A DNA stretch of 64,000 nt from Magallana gigas (taxonomy: Eukaryota): NCBI RefSeq assembly GCF_963853765.1, contig NC_088857.1:42036001-42100000 (forward strand), in the 5' to 3' direction. This document shows, in pieces, positions 11,301 through 24,024 of this stretch (its first letter is position 1; the number at the start of each line of letters is the position of its first letter). The notes under the pieces were generated by a model that was given only the letters and a program-made list of their open reading frames with translations, searched no databases and was not told where the DNA came from. Made by a program: the position numbers and the translations under genes.

Positions 11301-14148
11301 GACTAGTTAGTGTTTGCTGCATGTTTGATTTTATCACATGTTGCTCTTTGCTACAAATAGGTTCATACTTGTAAACTGTTATTAAATACACATGTTGGAT
11401 TCTTGTTTGATATGCAAAGTATGCTATTCATAGCATCCTTGATCAAACAAACTGATGCACTGTTAGTGGAATGATAGAATTTGTATTAAAGTCATCATAT
11501 AACCACCTCCTCAAAAGACATAAACATTTGATTATGTGCATATGTAAAATATTTTAATATTGTGTCCATATACTGTTGTTTTATCTGTATTCATTTGTGA
11601 CCATACCTGTTAATAATGTTCTTGTTCATCTTTTAGTCATCAGATACATCAACAGAGCAAGGATCTGAGAGCCTACCCACAGGATGGAGTTCCTCCCCCA
11701 GCTTTTATGCCATGCGTTATTCCTCAAAAGCTGAGAAAGATGCTGTTTACATTCTTAAAGTGATCCAGATTGAGGATGATTTTCTAGTTCATTTCATGGT
11801 ACTGAAAGTTTATATTTAGGTAGTCCTCAATTTATCTCTATATTAATGTATTTTTAGATATGTGAATTTAATAAGATATTAATGCATATAATATCATAGA
11901 TACAATGGGTTCTTAATTTTGGATTATAGAAGAAGGGAACAGAAGCAGTGGAGAGTTTAAATGTGAGAACAGCTGACTACACAACTGGAAGTGTTGAATC
12001 TTACGACAGGTAATAACACTGACTACACTAGAAATAATGATGACTACACAAGAAATAACAATGACTGCACAGATAATAACACCCAGACTGACTCCATAGG
12101 TAATAACAATGACTGCACAGGTAATAACAGGTAATAACACCCAGACTGACTCCATAGGTAATAACAATGACTACAACTACTGATATAATTGAATCTCATG
12201 ACAGGTAATACATGTACACTGAATACACAGGTAATGCACTGGATACAAAGGTAACATCAATGACTCCATAGGTAATAACATTGACTGCCAGTATGCATGT
12301 AATAACACTGACTAGTGACTACAGTACACAGGTAATATCACCGACTACAGTACACAGGTAGTAATACTGACTACACAGATAATAAAACTGAAAAATTGCA
12401 CACAACTGAAGTATGGAATCTTAGATATAATGCTAAATTCTCTTTATGAGCTGATTTCATTCCCCCGCCTATTTTTACTCTGCTAAAATATATGAAGATA
12501 TAACACAATATTATCTACATAGTAAACTACTGTAAGTTATTATAATTCTAAGGTGTTCAATTTCATGATTTCTCATAAAGTACCAATTGTGATAATTTTA
12601 ATTTCATGCAGCTAGAAAATCAATTGATCAGAATATAAGCATTGAAACGTTTTTGAAAACTTACTATAATATCCACGATGGGTTTAATTTTTGGGGGAAA
12701 TGATAAATCGCGAACAAAGTGAAATTAAACCATCTTGATTATTTGCCAATCTAATAATCTTTCCCTTTTTTCTTGCAGGACATACAAAAATTTAGATGAA
12801 TTGTGTGCCTTGTTTAAATCATCTATTGTGGATCCAGTACTAAAGCCCCAAAGTACTACTAGAAGTCAACCAAGTCAGGAAAGGAATCGGGGTCAAAGGT
12901 CAAGGTTAGAGGAAGAGGATCCTCTCCGAGTTCCTACAAGAAGACCACCAATGCGTAACCCTGGTGGTTGGTATGTACATATACATTGAATCGCAGTTGT
13001 CTTTCTTTTTACATTTTACTACCTGTATTTTACATACAAAAAATGCATCAACATGTTTTATATATAATTTTTGGAGGTCATATATAATGGCATAAAATAT
13101 TACCAGTTCTGAACTTATGCTGTTTAGAATGAAGATTTCAAAATATGGCTAATGTGTTGACATATAAATTTCATGTCACCATAACCTCCCCTTATTTTAC
13201 ACTTTTCAGATGAATATGGAGAAAATTTGAAATGAATTTTGTTTTACATAAATGTTTTATTGCTTAAAATACTGTAAATTTAAGATTTAGTGCACAAAAA
13301 GAACAAGCTTTTACATGTACTGTATAATGTTCTTTTTTAAAAATATAAGGAATGAACCAGATGACCCATTTTCCATTGGAAGAGGTGACCTTGATCCGTT
13401 TGCTGCAGGACGAGGCGGAGGAATGATGTTTGACCCACTGAGGACTGGTATACCGGGCATGCGGCCTGACCCCAGCGCTGGACTCCCCAGCAGACTCCCA
13501 CCGTCAGTACTTTCTCTATTCTGTTGTTGACATTGTTTACCATTATACATGTTGAGCATAGTTTTTGTCATGTATTAATGTAGACCATTTACCGGTATTT
13601 AATTTTTGTTTGATTGTTACATTTACAAAAACTGATCTTTCATTCAGAATCTAATTATATCAATATGGAAAGATTATAGAAATCAATATAGAAGTAAAAA
13701 AAAAACAGATTTGAAAGTGGTTTGCCATGTGCATATTATAATTTACAGGTAACGAAGAAACTATTATGCCTTTGATTTATTCTTGTAGTCTTATGCCACT
13801 GTTTTTATCCACAGGGGTGCTGTTCCCCCTGGAGCCAGATTTGACCCCTTTGGACCCCCTGGAATGAGGCCTGGGTGAGATATTGTTCTATAACAGCTGA
13901 TAGCACCACTATAACAGCTGATCACACCAGTAGCTGCCTGCATAACATTGATATCACTTTAATGTACATTTATTGAAATTATGTAAATGTTATTATGATT
14001 ATGGCTCAATGTTTGATTAGACCAAATAAGCATTATCGGAATACCCATATTAGATTTACACAGTATATATATATAATTGTGTAACCTTATTTCCAGGCCT
14101 GATCCTGACCACATGCCTCCCCCGGGCTATGACGACATGTTTATGTAG
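8336..14148 (+). CDS. PSMF1: Proteasome inhibitor PI31, 7 exons, 277 aa
   Basis: Exons: 8336-8470, 11637-11798, 11930-12009, 12779-12970, 13350-13502, 13815-13874, 14097-14148. Phase-consistent (834 nt). N-terminal FP domain (DALIAVLHWELISKGFKCLG, LPTGW..FYAMRY). Pro/Gly-rich C-terminus with IGRGDLDPF, GGGMMFDP, GAVPPGARFDPFGPP, PDPDHMPPPGYDDMFM*. Confidence 0.96.
8865..9763. mobile_element. Tc1/mariner (pogo/Tigger-type) non-autonomous element, 899 bp, PSMF1 intron 1
   Basis: TA|CAGTCGTTTGACCAGTTCCGAATAG ... CTATTCGGAACTGGTCAAA(ATTCGGAACTGGTCAAA)AGACTG|TA. TA TSD at 8863-8864 and 9764-9765. Confidence 0.8.
9822..9956. mobile_element. Small palindromic MITE (~135 bp)
   Basis: TAGTCTC...TCGGCTGTCTCC...CGACAAGC-AGAGAG / CTCTCT-TGCTTGTCG...GGAGACAGCCGA...GAGACTA. 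Fold-back over its whole length, with a ~17-bp insertion in the left arm. Confidence 0.7.
10466..10938. mobile_element. ~475-bp TA-flanked MITE (Tc1/mariner-like), PSMF1 intron 1
   Basis: Left end TACTCTGTCCCAAGTTTTTGCTTCC, right end GAAGCATTAACCTTGGAAAGACTA. High similarity along its length to 42139-42612. Confidence 0.8.
11985..12400 (+). repeat. Degenerate ~20-bp minisatellite starting at the PSMF1 exon 3 donor
   Basis: Unit approximately ACACTGACTACACAGGTAATA. About 11 AG|GTA sites between 12008 and 12360. Confidence 0.85.
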
Positions 14149-15963
14149 GATACCTGTAACAGAGTTGTCATCGTGGAAACTTCAAACCAGGTGGAGAACA
14201 GTTAAAAAATCTCAATAGCTGTGTCGGGGTATCCTCGTTTTCATTTGATAAACTGCCAACTATCTTGTACATGTAGCCATGTGCATGTATGAATATTAAA
14301 GATCAAGAAAATTATTTCTAAAAGCAACTTGCACCAACATTAACTATATACATGTGTAATACTTTAAACCAATGAACTGAAACATTGTTATAAGAGACTA
14401 TGAGGATACTAAGTGTAAAAAATTACATTGTACTTTGAATTCTTGATCCATATATTTCTGTGTCATTAATTATACATGTATTTTCAAGTTGATCCAATTT
14501 AAAATCCATTGCTAATGACATGTTTTAAAGATTCTTTCTCTGTCATTACTGCTCATTGTGTACATGTGTTAAGATTCAATGCATGTAAAATGGATGATCC
14601 TAATACAATTTCAGTAGTGTGTCATACATCACCTTGTCACAGAATACAACATTAATGGTGTTATTGAAACCCTATCTGTTGTTACCTAGAGGTGTTTTTC
14701 TTTTTTTCCAATCAAAATCAATACCCCATAATGAACATTGATATTTAGCCTATGAATTATAGAGTGCTGTTTTATTGTCATCTATTATTATCCCGAGATT
14801 TCACAGGTAGATTCGTATCACCAGATTATAAAGAAAAATCAATTTTCCGCTGATCAAGATTTGGATAAAGGGGAGTAGAAAATATCTGAGGGATTCTTCT
14901 TTGTTTAAAAAACAATGCTGGTTTAATTAAAATACCATTGAAAACAACTCATGATGTTAATTTGTTTTTTCATTTTTATTGTATCTTTTCTATGCAATAG
15001 AAAATGGGGTTTAAACATTCCATTCTTAAATAACAAATAAAACTCTTTTAGAGTTTGTTGAGAAATAAAACAGACAATGCATGTACTGTGTCTCAATAAA
15101 GCAAAGCTAGTCCAAGAATTATTCATGCCCTCTTTGGACTGCTATATGGAAAACAATTAAGCAACATTGATGACATATGATCTTAAGCATCTCATTAACA
15201 TAAAAACTTATTAAAATTATGTGTTGCTGTTAATCAAGTTTTGTCATTTGGAAAACTAGAAGCAACTAAAAGATTGTGTGCTTTAAGTGTGCAGATTGGC
15301 ACTGAAATATGAAGTAACTTCTCTTGAGTATTATAATGGTTTTAAATATTTGGCACAATTATGGTATGCTGCAAAAGTTATGAATTTATGACTATTTTAA
15401 CAGAGATATTAAAATTCCTGATTTATGTCATTAAAAAGAATAGTTTGTCATGGTAACTGCCAATAATTCCTGTTGATGGGTTAAAATTCACCCCTTTATG
15501 CCTTTAGAGCTTTAACACTTTTGCACCAAATTGACTTGCGCTCTATGAACATGCACTGTGTGATAGGCATCATACAGATACTGGTTTAAGTTTATGGATT
15601 CCCATGGTTTCTTCATGAATTAGAAATCCCTGCAACAAGTGCTTCCCTCCTCGCCGTCCATCAATCACATGACCTGTCATTTTCCCCAACATCTGCGTGG
15701 ATGGAGTGAATGATGACTCCTCGTCCATGACTCTCCTAAACCAAATACAGCTTGTTGCATGTTAAAACTTTTGCGTTCAAGTGCTCCACTAAGAATTGTC
15801 TGGTATGCACCAACAGATGATGAACACTTTGTTCTTTAGAAACAGGGGGCTTCTCATTGATTTTTCTGGCAGATGAACACTTTTGGTTGTTTAAGCAGCA
15901 GTGGCATGCCGTTGCGGTAGGAACTTGTCTCGGATGACAGCGATGTTATGTGTTGGGCTGATA

Positions 15964-18900
15964 TCAGGAAGTTACTTCTGCCACATTAGGTGAAATATCT
16001 AATGTCTTTCCATTACAAGATGGAGGAAGGTCATCAATTATCTCCCCTTCTTTACACCTCCTGTCAAACTCTGAAAAGGATCAATAGATGCATTAAGATA
16101 CTAGTACTGGTAGCTTGTAACAACAATGCTTAAAAGTGTTATGCTGTTGCTAAAAAACAAAGTTGTTTTTTTTTATTCTTCGTCTAACATATGGTATTTT
16201 TTGCTGTGTATAAATAGGCTGTATGCAGTGGCACAATTACAAATTTATTATCACGAACAAGAAAAAAAAAGTAGCTATTGAAATGCATCTGCTATCTTGA
16301 AACAGCATTATTTTCAATCTATATTTTTTTATATTCTGGTAAAATTCTGAAAATATCAAGAATTTTTCAATGTTAATTAGATTGTAAGAATATTGCTAGT
16401 CATTAGGAATGCTGTGGTTCACAGTGTAGAAAATTACTCAGTCGGAATAGCTTAATGTGCATTGGAATGTACAAGAACCTAAATGACATAACACATGGCT
16501 GAGATCTTTCACTGAACCCTACTTGTAGTTGGAAGGGGAGTGGGGGAGAAAATATGAGTGTGCATGATCTGCCATTGTTCATTACAGGTAATAGCAAGGA
16601 AAGCTGGAAGAAAACCACTAGCTCATAAATCTCATACCCAGTCAGAATATCATCTGGCAGTGTATCAAATATCATATTAACACGGAACTTTATGAGAGAT
16701 CTCTGGTAAAAATGATGAGAGAATGTTCAATTTATTGACCTCTCAGCCTTGGAGTTGATGGCCTAATGTAAACATAACTTTCCTGTCCAGTTAATTATGC
16801 TTTGAAGTGGGGAGAGATATAGTAAGAGCATTTTTGAGGATCTATGTATTACAGCTAACTTTTAATTAAAATTTGCTTACCATGGCATACCAGAGATTCT
16901 GGAGAGCCTTACCCACAGCTTACGATGAATCTTCCTGACTTATGTTTGATATCTAGTTCAGTTACAGATTTACAGTGTACTTAATTGTGATTGAGATGAA
17001 TCTAGTTCAGATAACGTTCAGTTTAATTAAGCTAGCTAGAATATGTACCTCAAATAATCCCATTGATCATGTGCGGATCGGTTGGGGGGGGGGGGGGGAT
17101 ACAGACTCCTTCAACTCACATTGTTAAGTTACCAAATAGAAGCATTGGACCCCCATGACAAACACCATGGCCATTGTTCCTTGGACACCCCCCCCCCCCA
17201 CCCCCCCTTGGACAATTTTTTTCTGAATCCGCACATGATTCAGATCCGCACATCAACCTATATGTTGAACTGTCGCAACCCCCCCTCCCCCCCCCCCCCC
17301 CAGTTGGTGGCTACAGCTGTTTCACTATATTTCCCAGCCCTCCCCCCTCCCCCAGCGTGACGCTACAGCTGTTAACCTATTATAACCTACCCACAGGCCA
17401 GTGGGTACACCTGTTCACTACCTGCGATCTCCATTGCCCCCCTCCCTCCGGACAGTGGGATATACATTATTTATACCTGAAAATACCCCATCCCCTCTCC
17501 CCCCATCCCGCGCGGACGATTGGTACGCTGTCAGTGATTTACCTGCTATCTCCCAGTCCTCCCAGTGACCCTCCTCCTCCTCCTCCTCCCCGTCCTCCAT
17601 CTCCTCGGACCGCTGCTTCTTGATCACCTCTATCGTGTCCTGGCATCGCTTCAGCTGAGACAGAAGAACCTTGTCCTGGGCCCGTAGTAGACCCTGAAAT
17701 ATAGGGATACCAAATATTATCGATAATAATTACCGGTAAAGCGTTCTTTACAGAAAGAAGCGAAATAATAATGTATTTGTATGTTAATGTCTTTTGACAT
17801 TCCTTTTTTGAATCACACATATTTTAATGCGCATAGGTAAAAATGAAAACAAAAAGTAGATATCTGAAATAAAATTGCCTCCGACACCACCCTTGTACAT
17901 TTACCATCCTATGTGAAATTAAATTCATGTTTACTCGAGCTCTGCTTAATTAGAAAAAAAATAATCAAAAGCTAAAGCAACCTTGTTTTGTTTATCATGT
18001 TTATATTGATGTCGGCAATAAAAAAGACTAAATGTATTTTTTAAGCTTGAAAAAAAAAATGGCTGGAGTCGCGCGACTGTTTTGGAAAATTGAAAATGCA
18101 ATTAAATCTCCAAGCTATAGAAATGCTATGTAAATAGGTTACTGCTGTGCAAAACATCTGTCCCAATTTGCCTATTTATAGTTTTTTTTTTTCAAAAGAA
18201 AGCATTTTATGTCCCCGGCAAACAACGTGTTTACCCACTCAGCTGTAATATTGAGACTGGGTGCCAAAAAGCACGCGAGAGTCTAACAACTTCTCTTTGT
18301 TGATTGTGTTATGTCATTTTAACACAATGCCATCTCCAAACAAAATGGAAGAGATATGAAGTCAAATGAACAAGGTCGGTGTAAGCTAGAACAAGGAGGG
18401 GTGGTGGGGGAAATCCTTCTGAATTATCAGTGGAATCTTGACGTGATCAGATTGGCGTGCGTTCAAAGCCGTAACACTTGCTGCGATACACACCTATCAA
18501 CTGAAGACGTTTGGTGAACTGGGGACGCGCTGAACAGCTTACAAGTCATAAAACTCTCAATTTGATATTTCCCTTATAGATAAATCATTGTAATAAAATA
18601 GAGAGAAGTTCAGATATAGAATCTACTTTACGGTGTATTTCATTGAGTTAAATGAATGGGGTCGGGGATCCGCCAAGAGATCGAGTGATACCGTGATACA
18701 CTGTACGATTAGGACAGCGCTCACGTCACGCTCCTCATCCAGATAAAATATAACATCATGTTGCGAAACCCTGTGGATCAGTTTCTTTTTCTATGTGAAT
18801 AACAGGTGTCAACTCCAACACTTATTGTTGGCGTATTTAACACCGGAGATTTACTTAATTTTGAAGACTGACATCTACGGGTAGATGACACTTCGGTGGA

Positions 18901-20108
18901 ACATGTAAATGAAAACGAAACTGAAATGTGATACATTTATTTACACACCGCAACCGGTTTATTTTGTAATCACAGAAATAGGGAGGGTTGGTCTTTAAAA
19001 TTCCTTTAATTTTACGAATTTGTAAATATGGAATAACCATTCTGTTGATCAATTTACTTCCTTATTTGAAAAGATATCAACATTTAACCCCCCCCCCCTC
19101 CTTTTCCACCTTATTCCTGTAATGATATTGCTTGAGAAAAAAAAAACTCGTATTGATTTATGTTTGTAAAGTCCAACAGTTGTTAGTTGTGATCCATCAA
19201 ACAACAAATGCGTAAAATAGGCTTACCAGTTCAGACCTCAGCCACTTTAAGGCACCCTCTATACGCCCCTGTCTTTCGTCCCAAGACGGTTGTTCACCCT
19301 TTTCGCACCCCACCTTTGGAACATTTGGAGGCAACGACATCCGGTCTGTCCTCAAGACATCCGGAAGACTTTTGGACTGTTCATATCTCCTAACGTTACA
19401 CAGCTCCGGAGGAACCGATCTCCTGTCTTTCTGATTCGAATCACTTTCATTTATATTTTGTAAGTCGGTAGATTTACTGCGAAAGCCCCTAGAATTTGAG
19501 CCAGTGTTCATATACAATACACGTTCCTCTGGTTTGGGAGACATGGACTGTGGTCTTCTCTCGTTTAACTCATTTTCTAATTGCGTGTACAACTCATGTG
19601 GTACTGAACGTTTTTCATTTCCGGTAAAATCTTTTTCGTGTGTTTTTGATAACCCGGATTTAAAGTTTTTATTTGACGTGACGTAATGCTGCACAGGAAT
19701 TTGTCGAGTGATGTTGACTTTTCTCGGATTACTTCGTGTTGACGAAGCGTCCGAAACCGTCTCCCCGGAACTTGTGGTGTCATGACTAGACGTGGAGTAG
19801 GTCGAATCCGATCTCCGAAAAGATTTCGAGTTGAAAATTTCGTCTCCAGAATCTGTCTCTGAAGATTCTGTTGTCGAGGTCGATTTTTTCGACGAATTCG
19901 ACGAGAACTTTGGAAATCTCGATGTTGACGATTCCCCACGAGTTCGGTTTCTGTTTCGAGTGAAAAATGGAGAATCGAATATTTTCTCGATAGGTGTGTT
20001 GAAGAATTTCGACTTCCTTAAATCATAACCCGCGGATTTGATGTCCTCTAACAAATCGAACGTGCCCGAAAATAGATCCTTGTCATCGAAATCATCGAAA
20101 TCACCCAT
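15964..20108 (-). CDS. Uncharacterised 379-aa protein: Ser-rich disordered N-terminus plus FAM167/LURAP-like leucine-repeat coiled coil
   Basis: Exons 19227-20108, 17543-17693, 15964-16070, GT-AG and phase-consistent. The junction-spanning motif IEGALKWLRSEL|GLLRAQDKVLLSQLKRCQDTIEVIK resembles FAM167 (ALEWLRKELxEMRxQD) and LURAP1/FAM89 (LRxEMxxLRxxDxxLxxQL). An acceptor (TTTCATCAG) 1 nt before the ATG suggests an upstream exon. Confidence 0.75.
17066..17239. mobile_element. Short MITE with poly-G/poly-C tracts
   Basis: 13-bp TIR ATCATGTGCGGAT / ATCCGCACATGAT enclosing G and C homopolymer runs. Confidence 0.6.
17290..17545. repeat. Degenerate ~55-bp C-rich tandem repeat at the exon 2 donor of the FAM167/LURAP-like gene
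   Basis: About five units with CCAGT..CTACAGCTGTT/TACACCTGTT..C-runs. One unit copies the exon end plus donor (ACCTGCGATCTCC at 17420-17432 vs ACCTGCTATCTCC at 17542-17554). Confidence 0.6.
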
Positions 20109-21838
20109 CCTGATGAAATAGAGTTATATCAATCAACGGTCCCAATAGACGTTGTCTTTCAGCAAAAATATAATCAAATCCAGGATTACCAATATCCCAT
20201 AAATAACTCCACATCAGATAGAATTCAGTGAACAGGCGTTTTGATGTTAGCTCCGTTGAAATACAGAAGAAATCGCTTTCAGATCAGAGGCGAAAAATGA
20301 GTGCATATATTTTGTTTTTCTTGTTTCTACAACAACGCTACACAGAAGCATCCGTAGGAGAATGGAGCACCTCTCTTCTTCTTCTTTTTTTACATTATGT
20401 TAATGATAAGCAGTACACACACACACACGGAATATATCGCTAATCATCCCTCATCTAACAACACCCCCCTCTTCTGGTTGGAGTCTGGCGATTCCTCTTC
20501 TCTGCAACATTAGCTGTCGTTCAGCGTTATATGTAATTCCAAGGAACCCAATTAACTTAATTGATTCGGGTCGCCTCTGGAGCCCGCAGCTGTATGACAC
20601 AGTACCAACCAAATATCTGAAACACAGAAAATTGCAGCATTGGTTATTGTCAAATAATATCCTTAGTTTGATTTGAGCAGGCAGTTATAGTATTGATTGT
20701 TGCTGTCATATCTCCATGGCGCAACAGTGTTAGAGACGAATCAAATATCACACTGGAAATTCCGAGTCCTGGATTGTTTTCCCCTCGGAGTGCAGTATCA
20801 AGCTACATAGGCACACATTGTCATTATTACAAGGGTTCAACTTCTGAAAGACTATTATGTGCTAATTCTCTAATGGGTAGCGGACCATGCAAATGAATGT
20901 CAACATGGGCTATTCTCGGCGACGTATTACGGAAAGTTACGTCACTTTCCGATTCCTTAGATAACCGGGCACCATTGATCCCCGTCCACCCCTTTATAAG
21001 TATGCATTGTAGTTGTTATAAATTAACGAATGTTAATAGCCCGAGACCCCGGGGAGTAGACGCATGTTGATCTTGTGGCATGTGAATTTCAAAGCGAAAA
21101 AAATAATGAAATTAGGGTTATTGGCAAAAGAATGTTAGTGCGACAGGTGGGTTACGAATAACCTTAATTTGTTTTCTTCTCGGTATATTGGAAACTTACC
21201 GATAACAAAAGTTTAAGAAATATTATTTCAAATGAACTTAGAATATGAGTTTGATATACTATAATTAAGTGATAATAAAATAAGAAATGAAGGGATAAAT
21301 GGAGTCGATGTTTTTTTTTAAGTCATTCATATGATAAAGGCCTGTGTAAAGGCTCTGTGTTAAACATGTTACGTTTATACATTCCATACTATTCAAATTC
21401 ACATGCACGTATGTATTTTTAGCTGGTATGAATTTTAAAAGTTTTGGTAGCTTATTTACATGTATAAAGAGCAATATATTATTTGAAAAACGCAGGCCTG
21501 AAAGTTTTTTCTGCTATTGGTTGAACACTGACCTTAATGAAAAAGGCTGTTAGTTTAATGCAAAAAATAGCATAATTCCCCCAAAAATAATTTAAAACGT
21601 GTGTCAAAAAAATTATCACACCTTGGACGCAAAGTCTGAACTGCTGTTCTTGTGTTTGTATACCGGTAATTTGTTTACTTTCATGCTTCGAAGAGCAACA
21701 CTACTTGCACAGAAAGTAATATGTGTATTCAGAAGCAATGATGTTATCGAGCAAAATAAACCAAGTTACTGTCCATTTGACCAAATACCTGTAAATAATC
21801 GTTCTATTGCAGAAGGAGAGAGAATGTTTATATTTCTG

Positions 21839-21842
<4 letters not shown>

Positions 21843-21911
<69 letters not shown>

Positions 21912-22000
21912 CGTTTTTAACTGATCACTGTGTTTAAGTATCACAAGTTTAAGTATCTTCTTATCCACAAAGGGGAGAGAGAGAACGTGGTAATCTCATC

Positions 22001-22050
<50 letters not shown>
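21843..22050. repeat. Two (AG)n microsatellites
   Basis: About (AG)33 at 21843-21908 and about (AG)23 at 22005-22050. Confidence 0.95.
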
Positions 22051-22053
<3 letters not shown>

Positions 22054-24024
22054 AACTCACCGTGTACAGCTCACAGCCAGGGTTTCAGAAAATGTCGGAT
22101 TGTTGTCTGACTTCTACACATCTCCTTACAATCAATAACAGATTAACCAGGTTTAGTGGGAATCTGCGAAAGTACTATCACAACAAAATGTACATTCCTT
22201 TCTGGATCACGAAAAAACAATCTCTCGTTTTTTTCCTCCCTGTAATCGGATAGGATTACAATCACTCTGTACCGGACGGGTTATTGTAAGGAACCTAAAT
22301 CCTCATCCAACGTGTTAAAACTACATGTATTTATACATTCTGGCCAAGCGCTAGTTCCAGTGGACTTTTAAAATAAACATTACCCATTAAAGGTATAGTA
22401 GATAAAATATCTCAGATGTTTACCGGGTGGATAATTTTATGTCAAATATAAACCACCAATTGGGTCACATTCAATCTAGCGTTGGTTGAGATCTGAATCA
22501 ATTTTAAACAATTCTCTTGAAGGCTTTGGCACATACTCTAGAAATTTTACGGCTTGGGTCAACTCCATGAAACGACCCAGGGAAGAGTAGTAGACTTGTC
22601 AAATCTAATTAAAATTTTGTTCTAATTATTTCCTTAGTACAATAATTGCCTACGCATCACCGAGGGAGGCCATTGAATAATAAGTAATTTGTATACAAAA
22701 ACACCGGGGGCGTTAGGAAAACAATGTGCAGATATATTCTTCTTCGGACAATACTTTTTAAATGGCTTTATCCCTAAATCCGTTCAGTTTTTGAGAAGTT
22801 ATGACAGCAATTATTCGTATTATTTTGATTGTAGATATTTCTTATACAAATTGCCCCTTCAAAAAATGTCAAGAACTTCGAGAATTAGAAGAATATGCTG
22901 TGGTGGGCGAGGAATTTATATTTATCCTGAAGAAGATAGAGAATTTCTACCCCTTCGTATATTACGTTTTTTATAACACCCCCCCCCCCCCCGCCACTAT
23001 ATATCTCTCTCCGATATTAGAAGTTTGATAATTGGGACTTTCTGCTGCTCCTTTCATCTGCCATCTCGATACGATGTGTTTCAGGAAGCAGACAAAGATT
23101 CCAACGAAATTACCCATAATTAGTCAGTGTTGCAACATCAGCTTTGTTCCAACTGTCAGGAACCAATGCTCTTGGATCGTCCAACATACACAAGGTCCTA
23201 CAGAATACAAGATGTGTCGTCTTACTGAAATATAATATCCATAGGAGTGTTCTATAGTTATTATAGTTATATAAACATAGTTGTCTATGTATATATGAGT
23301 GTACATGTGTGTGTGTGTGTGGGGGGGGGGGGGGGTAATAAATATACATGTATGTAAAAATAAACTTGTTGGTTTTATTCATTTAAAATAATAAATGTCT
23401 ATGCGATACATATTGAATGATTGTAGACTTAATATTAATTTAAACATTTTTTATTAAAAAATTCAATTAGGTAACAGACAAATCCTACATGTATGTAACC
23501 CCTCTCCAAAAAACTTTTGTTCTTTCCTATACATGTATGTTTGCAACTAGAACTGGGGAGGCGAGTTTGAGCAGATAACATGTTTGCCCCATCCCCTAGA
23601 TATCTGTGTGATCGTTACTCCTTGACATGATCTGTCCAACTTCCTAGATAAAATACCGCACTCAGTAGGAACAAGGCCAACATATGGCGTCAGGTTAACT
23701 TTGATATTTTTCCTTTACCTCTGTGGGTCTCAAACATTTTCATCATAGTTAATCAGTACAATGCACACGGTACATGTAATGTTTAAATATTCTGTGAACA
23801 AATCATTAAAAGAAAACTCAGCTTGGTTAAAAAATATTATTATTATTTAGTCAAACGTTGGTTTTCTCAATCCCCCTTTTTTCACTTGCTCCGATATCGG
23901 TAAGGATTGAAAAAGAATGTATGAATAATTTATTTAAACCCAATTTTTTTCCCCCGTCACTATGCTGGAGAGAACAAACAAATAATATGTAAAAAGTGGC
24001 CCAAGAGAAGATAAGTCTCAGTAA

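Noticed and set aside
11985-12400. CRISPR-like appearance of the repeat arrays (also 44480-44562)
   Set aside because: The units are degenerate, there are no unique spacers, there are no cas genes, and the context is eukaryotic.
14137-14148. PI31 C-terminus MFM instead of the HbYX-type MYL
   Set aside because: A Tyr-to-Phe change is conservative and, as far as I recall, occurs in other animals. It needs an alignment before being called unusual.
17082-17623. Pro/Gly-rich + strand ORFs (92 and 149 aa)
   Set aside because: They arise from poly-C/G tracts of a MITE and a repeat, and from the antisense strand of a real exon.
21599-21937. ORFs with (RE)n or (LS)n runs, also at 33814 and 36494-36785
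   Set aside because: These are translations of (AG)n microsatellites.
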